Assembly: GCA_965263035.1 (NCBI GenBank)
Contig: OZ253580.1
Span: 5,024,001 to 5,088,000 of the forward strand
Length of the DNA stretch: 64,000 nt
Source: Acidobacteriota bacterium
GTDB lineage: Bacteria > Acidobacteriota > UBA6911 > RPQK01 > JAJDTT01
Direction: 5' to 3'
Positions 19,240 to 27,017 of this stretch are shown piece by piece. The position numbers were made by a program, and so were the translations under genes. Numbering within the stretch: the stretch's first letter is position 1; the number at the start of each line of letters is the position of its first letter. Below the pieces are notes generated by a model that saw nothing but the letters and a program-made list of their open reading frames with translations, was not told the DNA's origin and did not search any database.

Positions 19240-21774
19240 ATGAGCAAAATGAAAACGGGGAATTCCGTCTCCGAACAATCCAATGTCACCATCGTTTCCG
19301 TAGATCTGGGCCGGTGGACCGCGGCGGAGACTCCGTCCGCCATCGTGCAGGCCGTTAGAGATGAAGTGGCCGCCTCGGTCCCCCGATCTGGTCTTCGCGG
19401 GTCCTGGGTTCAGGCCTTCGGCGGGGACATTCACATCCATCTCTCCAGCCTCAATGGAGACTTTTCCTATGAGGATGCCGTCGGGGTTTCGGCCAGGATC
19501 GGACTGCAAGGGGGACTGACGGCCCTGGAGCGCGCTTTAGCGGCCGGACTGGCGGGACCCGAGGCAGAAGGGGTCCTAACGCTGGCTGCGGACGCGCAGC
19601 GGGAGGCTCTGGGCGTTCGCCTATTGAACTTCCCCTATACCGAGCGAGGAGCCGAACCCATCTTCGTGGCCAAGGCCCTGGACGGCGCGTGGGGTTTCTT
19701 CAACCGTTCCCTCTTCAATCTCTTCTTCAATCCGGACAAGGGATCCGGGCGCAGGATCGAGGCCAATGACTATCTCGGAGTGGTCGAATCCATCGAAGAC
19801 CTGGCCGCGGGCCGGGATCGGGTCCGGACCTACGAGTTCGGACCGGGCCAGCTGAACGAGCTGGTGGCTCTCATCGCCGATGCCGAGCAATGGCGTCTGA
19901 GTCAGGTCTACGCGGTACGGGGCAGGTTCGCGGAGGGCGAGCTGCGGGATGAGCCGGCCGCGCTGGTGGGCGGAAGCTCCAATCCCATCCTGATCGGACG
20001 CTCCCAGTCGGGGCTTCCAGCCATCGGCGAATTCACTCAAGCTGCCGGAGAGTTTCATTTCGGTCCGGGTGGACACTGCGGGGAGTACCGGGTCGGACTG
20101 GTTCCGGTAGACTTTCCCGGAAGCCGTCCCCTCCGTTCCGGCGAGGGAGCCGCCCGGATTGTGGCCTACGCCTACCAGTCTTTCGATCGGGGCCGCATCC
20201 CCTCGGACACCGACGTCGTGGACATTTTCGGCCAGAATCGTCCCGAGACCCGCTGCCTGCAACGGGACGCCGCCGAACTGATCCGGCACCTGGTCGGTCA
20301 CGGCGAGTTCGAGCCCTATCTGAATCCCCATGCGTCGGAATCGAGGGCCGCGGCACTGGCCGGGCGACTCGCAAGTCGGCTCGAGGATATACCCGGCCAG
20401 GATTCCCTGATTGCAAGCGCCAACCAGCGGGCGCGTTTCACCATCTCGGACATCAAGGCCGACGGTGGAGGCAAAGTGGGACACACGACGCCGCCGAACC
20501 ATTTCCGGTTCGTGGCCAAGGCGAGTCTCCAGGAAGCGACCGAGCTGGGCCTCATCTCCTCGACCTCGGAGATCATCGAGGTGGGAGACGACGAGCACCT
20601 GCTCATGACCCATTCCCGCGGCGCCGACGACAACGCGGTCCACCTCTTCGCCTATCGGACCTTCTTTCGCCAGGTTTGGGTCGCCAGCACGCTGGGCTAC
20701 AAGTGGTACGGTCTGGGCCAGGATCTGGTGGGCGACGCCTCTGCCGGCCGCTCCACGGAGGAGCTGGCTCACCTCACCGATCGATTTCTCGAGCTGTTGG
20801 CCGATCACCTGCCCGAGGCCGAGTTGTCCCAGATTGGGGTTCTCGAGAAATCCTACCGGGACTGGAAGGCCGGGTTGGTCGAGGCCGGCGAGCCCGAACC
20901 GGTTTTCTCCGGCAACGTATCGGGGCAGGGGCCCGGCTTCGCCGAGCTGCCCCTCAACCGCACGCAACGGGTAGGCCTTCTGTCCATCGACAAGGCAGGA
21001 CCCTCGGCCTTCAACCTGCCCGTCTGGTGGAGCCTGAATCACGCCCGGACCAGCGGTTCATTGCAACGGCACCTCGAATCCATCGGCGGCGTGGGAGCCG
21101 TTCTGGAGGTCTGGGATGTGGAGCACCATCGCCGGATCTTCCTGGACCTGGACACCGAGTCGGGGCATTGCCAGACGCTGCTGGGCGCCGTGGAGAAGTT
21201 CAACGTCAAACGGGTCTGGAGCCGGAACGGGGAATTCGATCCGTCGCGGCCTCACCAGTGCCTGGACGAGGTCCTGCTGTCGGCTTCCACCGAAAAGCTG
21301 GCCGTCATTTCGGGGGGTGAGTATCTGGGCAAGGACGATCCGGTGCTGCTTTCGGTGGAGCCGCTGGCCGAGGGGCTCAATCTCTTCATGCGGGACCACT
21401 TCTACATGACTCAAGGGGACGGGCGGGGGTCCCACTACATGTTTCCGACGCCACTCTCTTTCCGGGACGCCATCGCCACCATCTCCAGCCGGGGAGTCGC
21501 CGTATCCGCCTGGATCCAGTTGGATGAATCGGGTCGAATGACGGAGTTCCGGGACGTGTTTGCGGACCCCTCTTACGAAGCGGCTCAAGTGCGTGCCTAC
21601 CGGGTGAACAAGGCCATCTGGGACGCTCAGGGCGGGAACTTCATCCCGGTGGGGGTCGGGGCTTCCAAGGTGGAGAGTTCGTATCCCCTGGCCAAGACTC
21701 TGGCTCGCATCACCCGGCCGAATTCCGAGTACGCGTCCAGCCGGGACCAGGACCTTGTCCTGGTCCGGTCCTGA
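19240..21774 (+). CDS. fructose-1,6-bisphosphate aldolase/phosphatase (class V FBPase) family protein with two tandem domains
   Basis: C-half has IKADGGGKVGH, VGDD, YGLGQDL, FSGNVSGQGPG, DK, EYLGKDDP, RGSH; N-half keeps ERGAEP, RSQSGLPAIGE, GEFEP but lacks catalytic motifs. Confidence 0.8.
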   Translation: MSKMKTGNSVSEQSNVTIVSVDLGRWTAAETPSAIVQAVRDEVAASVPRSGLRGSWVQAFGGDIHIHLSSLNGDFSYEDAVGVSARIGLQGGLTALERALAAGLAGPEAEGVLTLAADAQREALGVRLLNFPYTERGAEPIFVAKALDGAWGFFNRSLFNLFFNPDKGSGRRIEANDYLGVVESIEDLAAGRDRVRTYEFGPGQLNELVALIADAEQWRLSQVYAVRGRFAEGELRDEPAALVGGSSNPILIGRSQSGLPAIGEFTQAAGEFHFGPGGHCGEYRVGLVPVDFPGSRPLRSGEGAARIVAYAYQSFDRGRIPSDTDVVDIFGQNRPETRCLQRDAAELIRHLVGHGEFEPYLNPHASESRAAALAGRLASRLEDIPGQDSLIASANQRARFTISDIKADGGGKVGHTTPPNHFRFVAKASLQEATELGLISSTSEIIEVGDDEHLLMTHSRGADDNAVHLFAYRTFFRQVWVASTLGYKWYGLGQDLVGDASAGRSTEELAHLTDRFLELLADHLPEAELSQIGVLEKSYRDWKAGLVEAGEPEPVFSGNVSGQGPGFAELPLNRTQRVGLLSIDKAGPSAFNLPVWWSLNHARTSGSLQRHLESIGGVGAVLEVWDVEHHRRIFLDLDTESGHCQTLLGAVEKFNVKRVWSRNGEFDPSRPHQCLDEVLLSASTEKLAVISGGEYLGKDDPVLLSVEPLAEGLNLFMRDHFYMTQGDGRGSHYMFPTPLSFRDAIATISSRGVAVSAWIQLDESGRMTEFRDVFADPSYEAAQVRAYRVNKAIWDAQGGNFIPVGVGASKVESSYPLAKTLARITRPNSEYASSRDQDLVLVRS

Positions 21775-21856
21775 GACCGCAGGACGGGAAACATGGTCCC
21801 GGGACAAGAGCTCTCGCGAGGTTGGAAGGGCGCTGAATCGCGCCCCGGGGCGTTAT

Positions 21857-22014
21857 CAGCCCGTGGCAAAAGTCGTCACGGCATTCGACCGTCCCTGCAT
21901 CCCGGCGGACTGCGTTGCGACTCGTTCACATACTCCCGGTATGCTCCCTCATCGCGCCTTGTCCGGCGGGCGCAGGACCGGTTTCGGTGCTCGCGGGACT
22001 TTCACCACGGACTG
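21857..22014 (+). mobile_element. MITE-like non-autonomous element, copy 1
   Basis: imperfect 18-bp TIRs CAGCCCGTGGCAAAAGTC / GACTTTCACCACGGACTG; TTAT on both flanks; close inverted copy at 47263-47422. Confidence 0.8.
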
Positions 22015-22132
22015 TTATGCTCCGTTCACATTCCGCCGGATGGCGACGGGCGGGCACGAGAGTGCTCCTCCTCCGCGAGGGCTGGCGCATCATTCGTCCG
22101 GCTGGCATGCCGGACCTCCGGCACGGACCTCC

Positions 22133-22450
22133 ATGTCTCCTGACGTCATCCGAGCAGGGGGCATTTCCGTGGATCTGGAGCGATGTACGGCCCTGGCCGG
22201 ACGACGCGTGCTCCGTCTGACTCTCACCGAGTACAATCTTCTGGCTTGCCTGTTGCGAAACGCGGGACGGACTCTGAGCCGCCGTCAACTGCTGAATGCG
22301 GCCTGGGGAGAGCACTATCAGGGCGGCGAACGGACAGTGGATACCCACGTGGGACGGCTCCGGAAGAAGCTGGGCAAGGCGGGACAAAGGATCCAGACCT
22401 TGCGTGGGAGGGGCTACAAGCTGGATGCGATCCGGCGGCGGTCAAGTTGA
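22133..22450 (+). CDS. stand-alone OmpR/PhoB-type winged-helix DNA-binding domain
   Basis: LTLTEYNLL, LSRRQLLNAAWG, RTVDTHVGRLRKKL, IQTLRGRGY; no receiver domain upstream; start uncertain (22040 or 22133). Confidence 0.8.
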   Translation: MSPDVIRAGGISVDLERCTALAGRRVLRLTLTEYNLLACLLRNAGRTLSRRQLLNAAWGEHYQGGERTVDTHVGRLRKKLGKAGQRIQTLRGRGYKLDAIRRRSS

Positions 22451-22475
22451 CCTGCTGGTCTTCGAGGCTGAGAAT

Positions 22476-23135
22476 ATGCGGGCCGTGAGTTCCTTCGAGA
22501 TCGAGTCGGACGCAGTGGGGCCGTTCTTCAAGAACGGCTATATCCTGTCATGTCCGGCCACCGGAAACGCCATCTACATCGACCCCGGAGACGAGGCTTC
22601 TCGCCTTCTGGCCCGGATTCGGGAGCGCCGCCTCAACTTGATCGCCGTGGTGCTGACCCATGCCCACGTGGATCACATCACGGGAGTCGGACAAGTGGTG
22701 GAAGAGTGGGGCACCCCCATCTACCTGCACCCTGAGGATCGATCCATCTACGACGCTCTGCCCGAATGGGGCTATTGGTTCGGGCTCACTTGCGATCCTG
22801 CGCCGCCGCCGACCGATGTCCTGGAGGACGGACAAACCTTGAGCTTGGACTGCCTGCAGATCCGCGTGCATCACACGCCCGGCCACTCCCCCGGCAGCGT
22901 CTCGCTGGAAGTGGAGAATCACCTGTTCTGCGGAGACACGGTGTTTCAGGGATCCATCGGCCGGACCGATCTGCCCTCGTCGTCCTACGACGTCCTGATC
23001 GAGACCATTCGAACCCGGATCCTTCCCCTGGGAGACGACACTATTCTGTATCCGGGCCACGGACCCGTGACCACGGTGGGTGAGGAGCGACGCTACAACC
23101 CGTTCCTCACGGGTGCGGTCCGTCCCGTGGGCTAG
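22476..23135 (+). CDS. MBL-fold metallo-hydrolase (glyoxalase II/YcbL-like)
   Basis: THAHVDH, HTPGHSPG, GDTVFQGSIGRTDL, PGHGP. Confidence 0.92.
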   Translation: MRAVSSFEIESDAVGPFFKNGYILSCPATGNAIYIDPGDEASRLLARIRERRLNLIAVVLTHAHVDHITGVGQVVEEWGTPIYLHPEDRSIYDALPEWGYWFGLTCDPAPPPTDVLEDGQTLSLDCLQIRVHHTPGHSPGSVSLEVENHLFCGDTVFQGSIGRTDLPSSSYDVLIETIRTRILPLGDDTILYPGHGPVTTVGEERRYNPFLTGAVRPVG

Positions 23136-25601
23136 GACTGCCCTATACCCACAAATAGTGCTGGACAAACAAGAATGCCTGTCGTAGTCTTCACGACATG
23201 GTAGTTCAGAACCAGATCAAGCGCACCTTGAGCCGAGAGTTGGATCGTTTGCACGCCGTGATGAGGCGGGAGAAGTTCGCCCACCGGACGGCGCTGGCGG
23301 ACCGGGTCTGCTCGGAGTTTGGATTTCACGATGCCCGAGGGCGGGCGCAACGGAGCGGCTGCCTGAAGGCGCTCCGGGAGCTGGAGGCGGGCGGACGGAT
23401 TCGTCTGCCGACGCCGCGACGGCGGGTGAACCATTGCGGGCCCCGAGGACTGGGCCGTGCGGTGCCGGAGCCGGTGGAAGTGCCCGAGACGGTGGACGGC
23501 GTGCGGGAGCTGGAGTTGATTCTGGTGGAGACGGGTCCGCAACGAGCGCTCTGGAACGAGTTGATGGCGCGAGAGCATCCACGGGGCGCGGGGCCGTTGG
23601 TGGGTGCTCAACTACGCTATCTGGTGGGCTCGGCCCACGGCTGGCTGGGGGGCTTGGGGTTCGGGGCGGCGGCGTTGCGGTTGCGGGACCGGGACCGCTG
23701 GATCGGATGGGATGAGGAACAACGCCGGGCGCACCTGCACCGGGTGGTGGGGCTGAGCCGGTTTCTGATCCGTCCGTCAGTGAGGTGTCGTAATCTGGCC
23801 TCCCGGGTGCTGGGGGAGGTGTTGCGGCGGCTGGGTCCGGAGTTCCAGGCGCGCTACGGCTACCGTCCCTGGCTGGTGGAGACCTTCGTGGAGACGGCTC
23901 GCCACGATGGGGCCAGTTTGCGCGCCACGAACTGGAGGGTTCTGGGGCAGACGCAGGGTCGAGGCCGGCAAGATCGGGCGCACCGGGGTGCGGAGACGAG
24001 CAAGGCGATCTATGGGTATGAGTTGTGCCGGGATTGGCGTCGGCGGTTGGGGGTGGGACCGGCGCCGAGGCGGGGAGTGGAACCGATGTCGGAGGGCGAG
24101 GGACTGGAGGGAGAGGGCTGGGCTCAGCAGGAGTTGGGCGGGGCGCCGCTGGGAGACCGGCGCTTGAGTCGGCGACTGGTGGAGAGTGCGCACCGTCAGG
24201 CGCAGGAGCCGGGGCGGGCGTTCACGGGAGTGGCGCGGGGCGATCCGGCGGCGGTCAAGGGATACTACCGGCTGATCGACCAGCCGGAAGCCTCGGCGGT
24301 GACGGTGTCCAACATCCTGGCCCCGCACCGGGAGCGGACCCGGCAGCGGATGCAGGGGCAGCGGACGGTGCTGTGCATCCAGGACGGGAGCGATCTGAAC
24401 TTCACGCGGCACGGCCGGTGTGAGGGACTGGGGGTGATCGGGCGCAACCAGACGGGAGCGACGGCGCGGGGACTGCATCTGCACGCGACGCTGGTGGTGA
24501 GTGAGACGGGGCTGCCGCTGGGGGTGTTGCGGGCGAAGCTGGACGCGCCGAAGCCGGGACCGGTGGCCACGCGGAAAAAGAAGAAGACGTATCGCTGGAT
24601 CGAGGGACTTCGGGACTGCGCCGAGGTGTCGCGGTCCCTCGACGGGGTGCGGGTGGTCAGCGTGGTGGACCGGGAGGCGGATTTTTTCGCACTGTTCGCC
24701 GAGCAACGAGCGTCTCCGGAGGTGGAGTTGCTGGTGCGTGCGAAGCAGGATCGGGTGCTGAAGAGGAAGACCCCGGCGAAGGCGGCCGGGAAAAGCGCGG
24801 ATCCGGACCCGGAGCAGAAGCGGAAGCTGTTCGGGCGCCTGCGATCGGCGCCGGTGCGGGCCCGGATGCTGCTGGAGGTGAAGCGTCAGAGTGCGCGGAT
24901 CAAGGCCAGCAAGCAGGCGGCCCGCCCGCGGCGGCTGGCGCGGGTGGCTCGGATGGAACTGCGCTACGAGACCCTGACGATTCCGGCGCCGCGCGGGAAC
25001 CCAACCGGCATCCCGTCGCTGAGACTGTCGGTGGTGCACGCGCGGGAGGTCGCGCCGCCGGCGCAGGGGAAGCGCCTGGAATGGTTCCTGCTCACCACCC
25101 TGCCGGTGACCGATGTCGAGACGGCGCAGCAACTGCTGAGATGGTATGCGCTGCGCTGGCGGGTGGAGGATTATTTCCGGGTGCTCAAGACCGGATGCCG
25201 GGTACAACAGCTCCAGCACCAAACCGCCGAACGTCTGAAACGGGCCATCGCCATGCACGCCGTCATCGCCTGGCGGATCATGCTGATGACGCTGTTGGGG
25301 CGAGAGGACCCGGACCTGCCGGCGCAATTGTTGTTCTCGGATCTGGAAATTCGGGTCCTGGGGGCGTTTGCCGCGTCGCGAGGATTCCCAGCGCCGGAAG
25401 ACCTGGGGGCGGCCGTGCTCGTGCTGGCCCGCCTGGGAGGATATCTGGCTCGTAAACACGACTCCCCACCTGGGCATCAACTGATGTGGCAGGGCTACGT
25501 CACGCTCTACGGCATGTGTCTGGGCTTCGCTTTACGAGAAGAAACATGAATGAAACCGGACGGCTAATTTGCCCTGTGCAATATGTGGGTAAAGGGCAGT
25601 C
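23136..25601 (+). mobile_element. IS4-family (IS50/Tn5-like) insertion sequence
   Basis: TIRs GACTGCCCTATACCCACA / TGTGGGTAAAGGGCAGTC; flanked by CTAG at 23132-23135 and 25602-25605; exact tip could be 2 bp further in. Confidence 0.85.
23198..25549 (+). CDS. IS4/Tn5-like DDE transposase with N-terminal DUF4338 domain
   Basis: N-part GAQLRYLV, SRFLIRP, NLASRVL, LVETFV; C-part LGDRRLSRRL, IQDGS, DREAD, YALRWRVEDYFRVLKTGC (YREK), ARLGGYL. Confidence 0.9.
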   Translation: MVVQNQIKRTLSRELDRLHAVMRREKFAHRTALADRVCSEFGFHDARGRAQRSGCLKALRELEAGGRIRLPTPRRRVNHCGPRGLGRAVPEPVEVPETVDGVRELELILVETGPQRALWNELMAREHPRGAGPLVGAQLRYLVGSAHGWLGGLGFGAAALRLRDRDRWIGWDEEQRRAHLHRVVGLSRFLIRPSVRCRNLASRVLGEVLRRLGPEFQARYGYRPWLVETFVETARHDGASLRATNWRVLGQTQGRGRQDRAHRGAETSKAIYGYELCRDWRRRLGVGPAPRRGVEPMSEGEGLEGEGWAQQELGGAPLGDRRLSRRLVESAHRQAQEPGRAFTGVARGDPAAVKGYYRLIDQPEASAVTVSNILAPHRERTRQRMQGQRTVLCIQDGSDLNFTRHGRCEGLGVIGRNQTGATARGLHLHATLVVSETGLPLGVLRAKLDAPKPGPVATRKKKKTYRWIEGLRDCAEVSRSLDGVRVVSVVDREADFFALFAEQRASPEVELLVRAKQDRVLKRKTPAKAAGKSADPDPEQKRKLFGRLRSAPVRARMLLEVKRQSARIKASKQAARPRRLARVARMELRYETLTIPAPRGNPTGIPSLRLSVVHAREVAPPAQGKRLEWFLLTTLPVTDVETAQQLLRWYALRWRVEDYFRVLKTGCRVQQLQHQTAERLKRAIAMHAVIAWRIMLMTLLGREDPDLPAQLLFSDLEIRVLGAFAASRGFPAPEDLGAAVLVLARLGGYLARKHDSPPGHQLMWQGYVTLYGMCLGFALREET

Positions 25602-25618
25602 CTAGGTCTAGGAAACGG

Positions 25619-26701
25619 ATGATGGGAAACGAAAACAGAGATCCATCGTACTCCCGCCGGCAGTGGATGGGGCTGGCCGCACTGGGCGGCGTAACGGCAG
25701 TGTCCGCCGGAGCACGGCAGGCGGCCTCGGAAACACCGGCGAGTCCACACCGGCTCGCGTTGAGGGCGGGGGAGTTGGAGGCCCTGGTGGTGGACAACCA
25801 CGACGGGCTGGCCGGTGAAGAACAGAAACGCAGCCGAGCTTCGGTCCCCCAAGTGGCCGGGGGATTCGGACGCCTTACCGTCGCGGTCCCCTTTGAGAAT
25901 CGTCACAATGGCTACAACGGAGTCGCCCGCTTCAGTTACCGAGGTTCTCCACACCCCTTTCTTCCCGTTGCTTCGGGTCTGAATTGCGAGTTCTTCTTCG
26001 ACGGTACCGAGGGCACCTTCGAACCCCGCTGGAGTGACCTGGAGAACTTCCAGGCCCAGGCGTCGCGCCTGAAGCGAATTTCCGAGCAGGAGGCCTGGCT
26101 TCAGATCGACCCGGGCGAGCGTTGGGGCGTCCAGGTGGAGACCACGTTCCGATTGGTGGAACCGTGGTTCCTGGACGTGGAGCACGCCTTCACACCCACC
26201 CGGCTGGATAAGATCCGGACCCGGTATTTGGGCGTGTTCTGGGCCAGCTACATCCAGGCTCCCCGAAATCCGGGCTACTACGTCTGGGGCAGGCGGTCCA
26301 ACTTCGATTCGCCGGCTTGGCACGGTATCTTCGACGCCCTGGATCTGCACGAATCGGGAGCGATCCGGGCCGAGCGAGGTCCAGTAGGGGAGGGGTTGCG
26401 GGCCCAGGGAAGGCGTCTGCTCTACAGCTTCGGCTCGGTGCGCTACGTCGAACCCCTGATGGCCGGCAAGGTCCACGGCATGTTGTTAGCCTACTTGTTC
26501 CGCCCTTCGGAAGAGTTGGAAATCCGACCCGCCTTCAACGCCGGCGGGGGAGGAGTCGGCGGCCCCGCGTGGGACTACCAGGCGGTGGTCCCGGACCCGG
26601 AGGAAGGACGTCGGTACAGCTTTCGGCTGAGAGTCGTCTACAAACCCTTCGAAGCTCTGGACGAGGCCCTGGACCTGCACCGGGAGTGGGTCACAGGATA
26701 G
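25619..26701 (+). CDS. Tat-exported hypothetical protein, possibly galactose mutarotase-like
   Basis: SRRQWMG Tat motif; host-like codon usage; fold is a guess. Confidence 0.65.
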   Translation: MMGNENRDPSYSRRQWMGLAALGGVTAVSAGARQAASETPASPHRLALRAGELEALVVDNHDGLAGEEQKRSRASVPQVAGGFGRLTVAVPFENRHNGYNGVARFSYRGSPHPFLPVASGLNCEFFFDGTEGTFEPRWSDLENFQAQASRLKRISEQEAWLQIDPGERWGVQVETTFRLVEPWFLDVEHAFTPTRLDKIRTRYLGVFWASYIQAPRNPGYYVWGRRSNFDSPAWHGIFDALDLHESGAIRAERGPVGEGLRAQGRRLLYSFGSVRYVEPLMAGKVHGMLLAYLFRPSEELEIRPAFNAGGGGVGGPAWDYQAVVPDPEEGRRYSFRLRVVYKPFEALDEALDLHREWVTG

Positions 26702-26807
26702 TCTCAAACCGGAACCATCTTCTTCCTGGAAACGTGACGGGTACTCGAGACTCGCTTGGACGGTGGCGATATCCTAACGTCTAATACGGAGGAGGGGTGA
26801 TGAAATC

Positions 26808-27017
26808 ATGGCCCCGTACAACCGTCTGGAGGCAACCATCGCCAGCGGCGACGAAACCCGTCTTCGCATGCTTCACGTTTTGTTGTACGAGGCGTTGACA
26901 CCGAGCGTGGAGAAAATCCGACCGGATATACTCACGATCGCTCAGGAAGTGCCGGACAAACTGCCGAGACCACCCAAGAGTGCTGACCGAGCCAACCCTG
27001 ATCGGTATGTCACCTGA
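26808..27017 (+). CDS. small hypothetical ORF abutting the Avs-like gene
   Basis: GGAGG upstream; TGA directly followed by ATG of 27018; no recognisable motif. Confidence 0.3.
   Translation: MAPYNRLEATIASGDETRLRMLHVLLYEALTPSVEKIRPDILTIAQEVPDKLPRPPKSADRANPDRYVT

Noticed and set aside
21755-22132. N-terminal extension of the 231-aa regulator ORF
   Set aside because: It is a translation through the MITE; the same peptide appears in the spurious ORF 46977-47486.
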